Shown one piece after another: positions 48,995 through 62,585 of a DNA stretch of 64,000 nucleotides. Origin of the DNA: Proteromonas lacertae (Eukaryota); NCBI GenBank assembly GCA_002245135.1, contig NGBS01000303.1, positions 1 to 64,000 on the forward strand, given 5' to 3'. Within the stretch, counting starts at the first letter, position 1. Each line of letters opens with the position of its first letter. The notes below the pieces were generated by a model. The model saw nothing but the letters and a program-made list of their open reading frames with translations. It was not told where the DNA came from and ran no database searches. The translations under genes were made by a program, and so were the position numbers.

Positions 48995-49758
48995 ATGTTT
49001 ATATTCACAATAATTGCAAGAGCTCAAGATGGCATGTTTTTAGTATGAATGTATTGTTATTTTAAATAGGTTGAGACATCTGATCCTAATTCTGAAAGTT
49101 CTGAACAGTTTCAAGTTTACAGAAAGCAAGTATAATTCCCACATGTTTATATAATGCTAGGCAAAAGATTTGATCAGTAATGCGTGTGATAGTTCAGCTC
49201 AAATGATGAGAATATTCTCTGGACCTTATTCTTTCTTGTATGACCTTTTTAAATAATATAATATTGCATAGTTATGAGATCGAAGATAATATTTTATATC
49301 TAACTTGTACAGATAAGGGTTATCCAGAAAGATTAGGTTTTTCTTTCTTAAATGAAGTGAAGAATCTATTTACAAGAGATTTAAAATCGCAATACAATGA
49401 TGATTGGAAGAAGCAAATACAAATATTAGATCGTCCATACGCTTTTATCAAATTTGATCATGTATTAAACAATCTTCACAGAGACTTTTCAGATCCAACA
49501 TCGACTAGTAATACAGCTCGTTTGAATGAGACAATATCAGGAATTAACTCAGTGATGAAAAAGAATATTGAAGAATTATTAGACAGAGGAATAGTATTAG
49601 ACTCAATACATAGTGATTCTCAGAATATGGTTGATCAATCAAAATCATTCGCATGGGGAGCAAAGAGACTGAATATTGAAGCACAATTGAGAAAATATGC
49701 TCCATGTATTGTTATCGCAGTTGTGATAGTATTTGTTTTCTGGTGGAAGTTCTTTTAA
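48995..49758 (+). CDS. SEC22: Vesicle-trafficking SNARE Sec22
   Basis: Longin domain, RPYAFIKFD, VMKKNIEELLDRG, C-terminal TM helix. Confidence 0.92.
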
Positions 49759-49879
49759 ATATGAATTTCATTATGTTGTTGAATTGTGATTATTTAAAAC
49801 AAAAGAACGACAATTACTCATATCTAAATATTATTTAAAACAATCTATTTTTTTGAGGAGGTTGTAAAACAATAACTTT

Positions 49880-50461
49880 AGTTGAAGGTTATTCCTTCAA
49901 ACAAAGCACATTCTAATTCCAAGTGTTACATTTTCCATTATATTTAAATTTTAAATGATATATTCCTTCATCCAATATTTCTTTATTTAAATAATACATA
50001 TGATACTCGTCTATATCTACATTATGTTTTACTGTCCTTTATATAACCATTTATATTTTTTACTGATATTTCATCACTTTTTATTTTATATACTGTTATT
50101 TTATCTGTAGATGTTAGTCTATCTATTGATCCACTTTTACTTATTATTTCTTTCGTTTCTGTTTTATTGAAGTATGAAACATCAAGATATAATTACTTCT
50201 TTAAATGCTGATGTTTTACCATTCAGTTTATTTATACATACTTCTCCATCAAATCGAATATTGTCTTTACATACTAAATACTCTCTACCATTTTCATTCA
50301 TTTTATCGACTACAATTAATCTACCTCCAAATAATAAAATCAAAAATAAAATATTAACAATTGTATTGCATAACATGAAAAAATATATCCATTTTGGACA
50401 GTTATGAAAATGCTTGTGAATGTGAACATCTATATGAAATAATAATACCTGCAGGCATCAT
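49880..50461 (-). pseudogene. TM-stalk-SPRY-like family copy 3, degenerate
   Basis: ATG ATG CCT GCA G|gt first exon and TM helix; after stops and frameshifts, FNKTETKEII..SIDRLTSTDKITV.KIKSDEI and YYLNKEILDEGIYHLKFKYNGK match copies 1 and 2. Confidence 0.75.
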
Positions 50462-50562
50462 AATGTGATTAAATAAATAAAATATAGTCGTTTAATAAAT
50501 TCTTTTTACATAGTTAATAAACCATTGAAACAACACAAAACCAAAATAAAAAAATAGTTTAA

Positions 50563-52190
50563 TTACACTTGATTCATTGTCTCCTGTTGAGCTTTCTTAA
50601 TCGCACTTCGAGACTCTGGAAACATCGACATTAATTTACCTTCTGGAATATATTCAGCTTGAATCATCTTTTTAGCAAACCATCGACCATTCAAATTCTC
50701 TGCAACAGATCGACCTTGTTCAGGTGTTGCCATTACTAAATAAACATAACCCAATGAATTCTTATCAACTTCACAATGTAATACACTTCCATAAGTCTCA
50801 CATTCACTGATTACATCTTGTTTTATATCATTTTCCCAACCAACTTCACTCTCTTCATTGGGATTAAACATATTCTTTAATAATACACAATTACTTACAT
50901 TTCCTATTATATCTTTTGGATTTATTATTGTTTGAACTGACTATATCATTATAAAGAAATATATATATATATATACATTATTAACTCCTATTGCACTATT
51001 CATAGCAATTTTGGCAAATTCACTATCTCGATTTTGGGCTATCTTTGCCATTAATTCAGCTCTTTTCGCACTATTCATTTGTAAACCATCATCTTCATCT
51101 AATGACCATGAAGATTGACCTCCAGAGGTTAATGTACACTATCAAAATAAATAAATAATAATAATATAAAATATACTTTTATTCGTTTTCCACCTATATC
51201 TTTTCCATCCATCTTTTCCACTGCCTTCTCTGCATCTTCACGATGATCAAATGTGATAAATGCAAATCCTCGACTATATCCACGATCATCATATTGTAAA
51301 TCAACTTTATCTATTGCACCAAAGGTTTTAAACATTTCTTTTATATGATCTTCATTAATTCGACTGTGTAAATTTGAAACATACACTTTTGTAGGTGGAG
51401 CTTTCTATCATTAATATATATATATATACAATTATTATTATTATACTTTAACTGGTTCTGGCTTTAATGCAGCAGCAGCTTCAGCAGCTTTTATATTCTT
51501 TTCTGCTTCCGATGGTTTAACCACAATAGGTAAACCACTACAAGTACAAGCTTTATGTTGTGTACAAAACTTCATTCCATCTAATAACAATGCTTTGGAG
51601 ACATCTTCACTATTTGCCATTTCAATATATGCCATTCCACGACTTCGACCATATTTATCACGAATTAAAGTTGCTTTTCGTACTTTTCCTGCTTGTTCGA
51701 AGAATTTTATTAATTCTTTTTCTTCTACTTTTCGCTTTAGTTGTTTTACAAACACTGTTCGAAATTGTCTGGTACTTTCATCCTATTAGATTATATTAAC
51801 ATATATATGCATATATATATATATATATATATACTGCTATTATATCTAATTCTCTTCTCTTTATTTCATCTTCATCAAATGAAGGACTTCTGCTGTTATG
51901 TGTTTTAGACTTTTTCTTTGATTCTTCTCTATGATGACTGTGGTGACTGTGATGACGGGAGTGATGATGATGACTTCTACTTCTATCAGAGTGATGATGA
52001 TGCTTACTATGGCTAATTGAAATAACCGCTACAATATACCTGTGATGGTGTTTACTATGTGATCTATGTTTGCTTTTTCTTTCTCTACTTTTACTTCTTG
52101 AATCGTCCTAACAGCAAGATAAATGGTTAAAGTGCATACTCTAGTTTGTAAAGTCTTTTCTAAATATTTATCTGGATCAAAATTGTTCAT
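50563..52190 (-). CDS. RBM39: RBM39/CAPER-like splicing factor (2 RRM + UHM)
   Basis: RS/H-rich N-terminus, RTVFVKQL, SRGFAFITF, LKNMFNP.EE..W..DIKQDV..EC, LNGRWFAKK. Confidence 0.88.
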
Positions 52191-52525
52191 TATGTGTGTT
52201 AATTTGAAGAAAAGTAATTTGATGTAATTATCAAACCTCAAGCTTTTTAAATTCAAATTTTGTTTATTTTAAGCTAATGAAATGAGTTATGAGAATAAAT
52301 AATTCATAATTTTATAATATAATGCAATACAATGCAAATTGCCACATAAACAACATAAATGTAAAATAATTCTAACAAAAAATATATATATTCGTATGCA
52401 AAATGGCATCTACTGTGCAAAAGTGATACTTTTAAGTAAATTCATTAACATTATGACAAGATAAAATTAAAAGCTTGAACAAAGTGTTTGAGTTTTTTAA
52501 AAATTCAAATTTCTGAAATCAACAA

Positions 52526-54041
52526 ATGAGCAAGTTATCTCATGAAGAATTAATGGGATTATTTTCTTTTGGAGATAATTTACCAGGAGCTATACCTGAA
52601 AGTATGATATATATCGGTTTATTGTGAATTTAGAAAAACACCACCACCATCATCATCATAAGAAAGGCGATCATTCTAAAGAAGATTTAAGATTTTTTAA
52701 AGAACTAAAATCTCATAGAAATTATTATTTAATCACAAGATATGGTATAGTTACGCTTTTTATGAATAATAGATAAACCCCAACATCATTTTATAATGGA
52801 ATATACTAATGGTCAATCGGATTACATATATAAAGAAGCCTATTATATAGATAACGAAATGAATGTACACCATGGTAGTTTAGACGTTCATGGTCCATGT
52901 TGTTACTCTTGTCCAATCTCAGAGGAATTAGTTGCAAAGTTTTCATACAAGGAATACGAAGATAAATTATTTTCATATGAAATGGCAATATTAAAAGAGA
53001 TTAGAAAGACATGGCCAAAGGAAGTAACGAAGATGATAAAGTATAATGGTTACTACAGAGATTTCAGTATATCAGAAATGATCATATATTCAGATGGTGA
53101 AGAAAGTCCAAAGAAAATGTTAAAACAATCAATTCAAAATGAATATAAAGAATATTTAGATAAATCAATATCAGTAGAAGAATCAATGGATATGATGGAT
53201 TTAGAGAATATGATGTATATTTTACAAACAAGCAGTATATAAATATATATATATATTATATTTAATTATTATAAATAATAGAAAAATCAAAACAGTCTGA
53301 AAGTGATAGAGTAGTTGGTATTCATTCAATTCATTTCATTACAGATAAAGATGGAAATATTGTACAAGACCCAGACACAATTATCCAATCATTAGATACT
53401 GATATGACAATTATTGGAGATTTTTACCCAAGAATTAATTCTTATTGGTTGAATTATTATCCAGAATTTCCAGGATATTTTCACTTATCACCTAATAATA
53501 TAAAAGGTATAATATTATATAAATATATAAATATGTATATTTTGTAATAGAGTTGAATGATATATTAAATTCATTTTCTTCTACACTTAAATCAATAGAT
53601 GATGATACTTATTCCACACCACTTCCTTCCCTTCATTTTCTTATGGGAGAAGATTTACTACCTCCATTTTATAGAGAATATAAGAAAATAGTTTTACATA
53701 TAAATCCAAGTTCAATTGATTTTATGTCTTCGGAGATTGTATTTGTATTGGATGTTCATCAATCTTATCATCATTATAAAGATTATATGCTTTCAGAAGT
53801 TCATCCTGAATTTAAATTTGATATACAAATGTTTTTCAATTATAAAATGAAGAAAGTTGAAATGAAGATTGTGGATGAAAAGGAAGTTTATTCTTTTGAA
53901 ACTCCTATTATTGTAGATCCTACTGTTGAACATAAATTAGTGTATTTTGGTGAAATGAGTTTTTTCAAGGAGTTTAAATTCACAATTAACCATCCTGTGT
54001 ATTCAGTTATTCATTTCAATACACATACCGTATCATTATAG
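52526..54041 (+). CDS. Hypothetical spliced protein
   Basis: Successive + strand exons separated by short GT-AG introns; no motif recognised. Confidence 0.6.
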
Positions 54042-54137
54042 GTGAATTACTAATATGTATTTATTTTTTTATTTTTATTGTTGTGTTTTTAGAAAAATAA
54101 CAAAATTCAAAAAATATATTTGAGAGAATCAAGCCTA

Positions 54138-55254
54138 ATGTTTAAGGTTGGAATTATTGGATGCACTGGTGCAGTTGGGAAAGAAGCAATCGAAACATTG
54201 CATAAAAGAAACTTCCCTCTATCTGAATTGAGATTATTCTCATCTGAAAGATCTGCTGGTTCAATTCAAAAGACTCCTTATGGTGATAAAACATGTGAAT
54301 TGTTTACAGTAGAGAAAGCTAGAGAAGTTGATATTATTATAATGGCAGGTAATGATATTCATTCTATTTGATTTTTAGTCTCTGGTGATTTTTCTCTTGA
54401 AAATGCTAAAAAGATATGTGCAGCAGGTGGACCTATAGTAATTGACAATTCTTCTGCTTGGAGATATGATCCAGAAATTCCTTTGATTTGTCCAGAAATA
54501 AATCATCAAAAACTAACTAAAGGTATATTATTAGAATATTAATGAAAAATAGAAACTCGTTTAATAGCGAATCCCAATTGTACCACATTAATAGCAGCTG
54601 TAGTTTTATATCCTATTCATCAACATTTTCATTTAAAGAAAGTCATTGTTTCAAGTTATCAAGCAACCAGTGGAGCTGGATGGGAAGGAATGGAAGAGTT
54701 AAAGAAAACTACATTAGAAAGTATAAATATATAAATATATATATATATTTATATATAAATTAAAAATAGCATTAACCAATAAACCAATCACACCTCATAA
54801 AGTATTTACTCAACCAATAGCATTTAATGTAATTCCACACATCGATAAATTCCAAGAAAACGGTTATACAAAAGAAGAAATGAAGTTCGTATGGGAAACA
54901 AGAAAGATATTTGATGATAATTCAATTGATATTTCTTGTACAGCAGTTAGAGTTCCAACAATAAGAGCTCATGCTGAGACACTTATATTAGAATGTGAAA
55001 ATGATGTTGATGTTAAGGAAGTGAGAGAGATACTATCAAAATCAGAAGGTGTAACTGTTGTAGATGATCCTGAACATAATATATATCCAATGCCAATAAC
55101 AGCAACTGGTAAATATAATGTGGAAGTTGGTAGAATAAGAAATAATTTGATCTTTGGTAAGAAAGGATTAGAATTGTTTGTATGTGGAGATCAGTTGTTG
55201 AAAGGTGCTGCTCTAAATGCTGTTCAGATTGCTGAATTATATACTAAACTATAG
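54138..55254 (+). CDS. asd: Aspartate-semialdehyde dehydrogenase
   Basis: [63 protein letters not shown]. Confidence 0.95.
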
Positions 55255-55345
55255 ACTTGATTTTCTTTATTTTATATCAAATTAAAAAAATCATATTAAA
55301 ACAATTAAATAAATATAAAAAAAAATTAAAACAATGCAAATGTAT

Positions 55346-56052
55346 CTACGAATTAAAATTAATAGCTCTCTTTGTGTGAGATGCCTGTTCAATAATCCAA
55401 CTAATTGACTCATTTAACCCACTACCAGTTAAACAACTAGTTGGACATATTCTATATGGCGTACTTTGGTATAATAATATTTCATTTAAACCTAATTCTT
55501 GAATTATATTGGGTATTGATTCAGCATCACTTCTATCTTGCTTATTACAGCAAATTAGAACTGGTATTCCTTCTAGATCGGGATGATGTATAAAATCTGT
55601 TATTAATTGCTTCACTTCAGCAAATCTTTCTTTGTCTGCTGAATCTAAAATGAAAATTAAACCATGTGTTTCAGAATAGTATTTTGTCCATATGCTTCTC
55701 ATACGAGACTATCGTATAATAATAATAAACTATACATTTCCACCTACATCCCAAAAAGTAACTTGATTATCAAGAACAGTAAGTGTTGCAACTATATTTG
55801 TATTAGATAAAAATCGCATACCGTTCAAGCCAACAGTTGGTGGTATTTTATCTGGTGGAATTCCCTTCTGTTTTGAAAACATTCCTTTTAATTGTTCAAG
55901 TAATGTCTATTAATCAGAAAAGTACATGATACTGTCTTTCCCGCATTATCTGCACCTATGATCAAACACTGTAATTGATATTTTTTCAGAAACCACTGAA
56001 TAAGTCCAGAGATCAATGAAAACTTTTAAATATACATCTCAAAATATACCAT
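55346..56052 (-). CDS. ARFRP1: ARF-related GTPase ARFRP1
   Basis: MFSLISGL, GADNAGKT, IPPTVGLN, WDVGG, SIWTKYY, CNKQD. Confidence 0.88.
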
Positions 56053-56317
56053 TTTAAATAATTGTATATGCTAAACTAGAAGTGTGTTAAAGAAAATCGA
56101 AATAAAGAAGAAAAACTGAAAAAATATATCAAGCCTATTCAAAAAAGCTTGAATTTATGCTTTTTGATATTCAGTGGTGTATTAATATGCCATACAAATA
56201 TTATTATTATTAAACCAATACAAAATGAAATAAAATAAAAATTAAAAAGAAATTAGGAAAAAAAGAGAAGCTAGATTATAAATAGAAAAATGAGAGTTAT
56301 AAACATAAATAAATCAT

Positions 56318-57479
56318 CTACTCGAAATGTTCAGTTGGATACAAATCATGCCATGCATTATAATCATAATACAAAACTTCACCATTTCTAATATCTCTAC
56401 TTGCATAAAGAATAACATGAACTTTTCCATCAATATCAAATCTTGCACTTTTCACATTCTATAATATATATATATAAATAATTTTAAAAAAAAGTATTAA
56501 TAAATACTTGTTTTTTACGAAGATCATTATTACTATTATTAATTCCACTTAATAAAAATCCAATATTACCAACTGTTTCAGGAATAATTGTTAAACTAGA
56601 TTTCTTAGATTTTGCTCTTATTAACTCCATTACTCCATCATTGTTCTTTTCTTCTGATTCACTCAATCTATATACATTTCCTATATATTCTGCTAATATT
56701 GTTTTATCTAATATTCTTTCATCTGCTTTAACTATATATCCCTGATCTTTATCTTCACAAACTAACAATGGTGGAAATAATCCCATATTACATAATTCTT
56801 TATATTTATTAAACTTTGCTTTATTAACTAATGTCATTACTTGCACTGGTGTATCTCTTTCATATTTTGAATTATTCAATGATTCAGGGCAATTATAACA
56901 AAGTTCATTTGCAAAAGTTAAATTCTTATTATACAATGCATCAGCTAAAGAATACATTTGTTTTGTTCTTTTTTCTGGATTTTCTGAAGGAATATGGACT
57001 CTGAAAATTTGTCTACATTCTTTATGAAATGAACTTCTCTTCTTTGGTTTTTCTATTCTATCTTTTATTCTTTCTGTATTTAAAATATTAAAGAAATTAA
57101 ATATTTCATTCTTTTTTATATGTCTTTTATATGGGATTTTTGGCTTTAAACATTGTGAACAATGCCAATCACCATTTGGTATGTAAGGTAAAATAGGTCT
57201 TAAACAATATATATGATAACCTTTATTACAACTATCACAGATTAACATATTTTCATCATCGTCTCCACCATTACATATTGTACATTTTAGTTGTTCCAGT
57301 GGTATATCTTCTAACATTACAACACCACCTTTTCTTGCACATCGTCGTAAATCCTTTATTGTTATACCATTAGGCAATATCTTCTTAGAACGAGATCTAA
57401 TAATTGGTTGACATGATCTCATCTTTCTGAATGTTAATCGACTTGTACCGTTAACGTATGTCCTACTAATCTTACACAT
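56318..57479 (-). CDS. PHD-SET histone methyltransferase, ATXR5/6-like (start uncertain)
   Basis: PHD finger, PPLLVCED..GYIVKAD, IAEYIG-like segment, SGINN, LYYDYN...YPTEHF. Confidence 0.85.
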
Positions 57480-57543
57480 TTCAATTTTTAAACTGTCATA
57501 ATCAAATTTTATCAAATCACAGAATCAAACCTATATTAATGAA

Positions 57544-58523
57544 ATGTTGAAAAAATTGTTTATAGTGTTATGTTTTTTATCATTTTCATATTCTGAATAT
57601 TTAGTATATCTTTTACTGTTAATATAATAGATTGGATCAGAAATTGGAATAACTGATCAAAATACAACAGTAGCTTTGTCAGAAGAGAATATACAGAAAA
57701 TAAAAGAAGGAGCACAGAAAGGTAATTTAGGTATAAATGATTATTATTGATTAATCTATATTTATAAAACAGATTCAATATATTTTCTTGGATTGCTATA
57801 TTATTATGGATTTGGAGGTAAAAAGGATGTTGATAAAGCTGTAGAAGCATTCACCAGATCAGCAAAAGAAGGTCATGTTCACTCACAATTAGCATTAGGA
57901 ATAATCAACAGTCAAGTTAAACATCATAGTAAATAAATGAATGAATATAATAAATAGGTTCATCTGCTATTCAATGGTTGCAAGCCTCAGCAAACCAACA
58001 GAATAGTGATGCAATGTGGTTATTAGGAGAAGTTTATCAAAATCAATCAAATTATAAAGAAGCGTTTGATTATTATCATCAATCAGCTAATAATGATAAT
58101 GTAGAAGGGATGTATAGATTAGCACTACTGTATGAATATGGATATGGAATTCCAAAAAATACAAAAAAGGCAAAGCAATGGTATGAAAGAGCATCTAACA
58201 AAAACCACTTGGATTCAATCTATAATTTAGGATTAATGTATACATATGGTAGAGGAACAAAACAAGATTTTGGAATGGCTGGAAGTTTGTTTCTGAAAGC
58301 AGGAAATCAACAACATGGTCCATCTTTGTATTATTTAGGAATTATCTATTTCAATGGTTATGGTGTTCAGATGGATTATTATCAAGCTATTTATTGGTTT
58401 GAAAAAGCAAAGGAAACAAATGATTATAGAATTATTAATCAAGTTGATGAGATTTTAGTGAAGTTGAACAAAGCTATAGATCAGATGGATATTGAAAAAC
58501 AGAAATATTATAGAGATGTGTAA
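57544..58523 (+). CDS. Secreted Sel1-repeat protein
   Basis: Signal peptide; repeats such as LGLMYTYGRGTKQD and LGIIYFNGYGVQMD. Confidence 0.85.
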
Positions 58524-58600
58524 TTTAATTCTTTTTTTGTGTAATTGTTTGAGTAAGGTTTGAAGATTGTGTTTCAGTTTTTTTAAAATAATCTATAAAT

Positions 58601-60464
58601 ATGAGATTCTTTGTTGCTGTACTATTTGCAGTATGTATATCTGCTTATTGTGAAGGAGAATATCCATGTTATCATGTATATTATTAAGTGATTTTATCAC
58701 TAGGATCGATTGGAGAGAAATCTTGAGGGTTTATGGGATTTTACATTATTGCCAAAGAAGACTGATCCAACTAAAATCAACATTAGCTCTGTAGTTTTCA
58801 ATGACAAAATGATTGTTCCAGGTGCTTATGATGCTACAACTAGATATGCTGGTCTTAGAGGCTCAGGTGTCTATAGACGTTCATTCCACCAAACCCCAAA
58901 CACTGAAAGCAGAATTTTATTTGAATCTTGTGCTATGTGGTGTAATATTATTGTAGATGGTAAAAGTTTAAGAATTCACAACAATGCTTATACCGCATTT
59001 TGGGTTGATGTTCCACCAAGTGATAAATCAATCAGAGAAATTGTTGTTATTGCTGATGTATATATATTATTATTATTATTATTATTATTTATCATATTTA
59101 AATAGAATCAATTTGATTCAAACAGATATCCAATCGGTTATTACGATATGGACTTCTGGCAATATGGTGGATTATATAGAAAAGTCGCTTTATATGAAGT
59201 TCCAAATTTATCAATTCAAAATGCTGATGTAATGGTAAAAGACTATAAAAAAGGATTATTAAACCTCAGAGTAAGAATCCATTCAACAATTAACAGTGGT
59301 GTATATCCACAACAATTATCATTCAATGTAATATTTGATGATGATGAAAAGAATATGATTGAAGTAAAAGGTGAATATTTATATGGAGTTTATATGTTAA
59401 ACAATTTAACAGTTCCAAATCCAACATTATGGTCAACAATTACTCCTAATTTACATTTTGTGAAAGTCAATTTATTAGATAGTACAAGAAATGGAGTTGT
59501 ATTAGATTCATTTGAAGATCGATTTGGTTTAAGATTAGTCTCCACTTGTGGTAATATGATCTGTCTAAATGAACAGCCAATACAATTGCGAGGATGGTGT
59601 AGACATGATTTAGAGTTCAATTATGGTCCTCATATGCCTAAAGTACAAATGTATCAAGATATTAAGCAGTTACAAGAGTTAAATGGTAATTTCTTCAGAT
59701 TAGTCCATTATCCTCATGATCCAAGATTCTTAAGTTTATGTGATGAAATGGGTATTTTAATTTGGCAAGAGACTTATGGTTGGGGAAATGGTGAAAATCA
59801 AGCAACACGAAAAGATTTTCAAGAAGCACAATTATATGAATTAGAAGAAATGGTAAATCATACAATGAATCATCCATCTATTATACTTTGGGCTTATTTG
59901 AATGAAGGATGTAGTAACAGTCAGAAATGTTGTGATCAAATGTATAAACCATTAGCTCAAAGATATAGAGAATTAGAAGTTCCTGGATTAATTACTTATG
60001 CAAGTAATAAACGAGAAAATGATGTTTGTTTAGATTCTGTTGATGTTGTTTCATTCAATTCATATCCTGGATGGTTTCAAGGTGGTAATGACTTAGAGGA
60101 TAATTTAAATTCTATTAAACCTTATGTAAGAAATGAAGAAGTAAATGCACATAAGAAATGTCCAAATAAACCATTCTTAAAGAGTGAAATAGGTGCAGAA
60201 TCAGTCTGGGGATGGGATGATCGATGGAATGGATTATGGACTCAAGAATATCAACAGAAATATATTAATGAAGTATTAGAAGTAGTTGTTGGTAATAGTT
60301 CTTTTGCTGGTATTAGTTTGTGGCAATTCTTTGATACAAGGACTTATAATGCTCATTCTGCTCTGCAAAGACCTAGAGCTATTAATAATATGGGTACTTT
60401 AGATGAATATAGAAGACCAAAGCCTGTTGCGAAATTGATTAAAGAATATTATGGTAAGAAATAA
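58601..60464 (+). CDS. Secreted glycoside hydrolase family 2 (beta-glucuronidase-like)
   Basis: Signal peptide, LEGLWDF, GGLYRKV, RLVHYP, acid/base LNEG, nucleophile SEIGAE, DEYRRPK; two introns. Confidence 0.9.
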
Positions 60465-60843
60465 AAAAAACTATACTGTTAATTACTCTTATCTTGAAAA
60501 TGTTTGTGTGTCATGAATTATTATATAAATAGTTCATTTCAATGAAACAACTTTCATGATTCAGATTGAATCTGACCTTGTATAATCTTACAGCATATTT
60601 AATATTCATTGCTATCTTATGGTATTATAAAGTAGTAGTGTTATAAATAATAATTGGTTGTATTTTCTTCATTATTTTTCATCTTTCTTTACGATTCTTC
60701 ACTTAACTATCCTATCTATTCCATATCACAATATTATATAGTACATAAGATATTCAAATGATATAAACTACTAGTTTCAACCAAATTTCTTTAATTGAGG
60801 AAATAACGAATCTTTTTTAAAGAACTAAAAAATGTTATTTTAA

Positions 60844-61951
60844 ATGAATGAGTCAGTTGTGGTAGATAAAAATATTACAGAATCTGATCTCACAAATTAT
60901 GTACGTTCTGCCGTATAATATCTTTTTCTAGAAAGAATCGTACAGAGTTTATCTCAAAGAAAAGAGTAAAAGACAGCAGATGCCATGTTTTAGAGTAACA
61001 AGTACGGCATATTTAATATGTAAGAGTTTATTTCGTATGAATCAGTTTATTTATTTACTAGTCTCAAACAATGAGTTTAACTCGATAATTGGATTTTATT
61101 TATCTGTATGGAGTAAAAATCAAGATAAGCAGCACGTTTTAAAAGCAAATCTCCAAGAATATTTCAGAAAAGAAACTAAAGGGTTTATAGATCATTTCTT
61201 CCAGAATAATCAGATCATTTGCAACGATTTCATCTTATTTGTGTGTTTCTTTCTGTTTTATAGCATTCCAGATATTGTATCAGTGTTAATATCAATGTGT
61301 GGAGTAAATAGCAACATCATCATAACAAAAGATAAAATCGAATTATTCTTCCATTACTTTAATTTGAATTTATTAGAAAATGAAAAATTGTTGAAGGTTA
61401 TGGATAAAACAAAAGGATGTTACACTGAGTATATATATATATAATATATTGTTTTTAGTGATAAGAAGGCATATGATATTAAAACATTTCATTTGTATAT
61501 GATAGACAATTATACACTTGTTACTGCTCTACAAATACTTAAAAATGATTTAATCAATAATATATTTGTTGTTTCTCCATTAAATAGAATATATACAAGA
61601 ATCAACTATTATTCAATCATTTTGAATTCTTGTAATGATGAAATGAGTGTTTTACCGTTATTAAGACCACCTAAAGAATCATGTCTAGCAAATGTATTGA
61701 GATTAATCTGTACTCATGATCCTGATCCTTATTATTTTGATTTTTATATAACTACTCCAATTCAAAAAGTAAAATCATTGATAATATGCCAATTAAAGAT
61801 GAGATTTGGTTATTCACAAAGACCAAGACTTACACATTTTTTATCTTTACAATCCAAATCAATTACCTTAAGAAATGGAATGATTTCTCCAATAACTTCA
61901 CCTAAAAAAGAGAAAGAAGTAACATTAGAAACAGCATGTTATAGTTTATAA
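60844..61951 (+). CDS. Hypothetical spliced protein
   Basis: ORFs 60980-61444 and 61493-61951 linked by short introns; no motif recognised. Confidence 0.5.
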
Positions 61952-62235
61952 AACATTTAAAATCTGTCATTTAGAAGTGTATATAGTACAAATGTATAAT
62001 TTGTATATTTTGTCTTTAATTTCATTGTTGGATTGTATTTCTTACTGGTATTTAGAGATAAAAAGGTGTTTTTAGTTTTGCAAATAATATAATATTGTGT
62101 ATTTCTTTGTTTTGTTTTTTTTTTTTAATTATTTTTTAATATTTATAAACATAAATCATACATTCACAAAAATATTCAAATAAAATATATTAATATAGGT
62201 AAACTAAATTAGTATATAATAGTATTTTACTACTA

Positions 62236-62552
62236 CTATTCATTAAAGCTTAAAAATTCACATGAATCAGAATTAGGTAAAGAGAATAATATGGGAGACA
62301 TGTTGTTGGAATTAAATGACAATAAAGGACTGTTTACATTAAATAAATTACTATTGCTATTGTTACTGTAATTATTATTACCCAACATATCTCCAACATT
62401 ATTATTTGTATTTGATGTAATTACATTATTACTAATATCTACGAAATTTTCACTATTTTCACTATTATTATTATTATTATCAATTAATGATAAATATGGA
62501 CCAACCTGTAAAGATAATTGGTCAGGCATTTGGATTAAATTATCTTCATATA

Positions 62553-62585
<33 letters not shown>

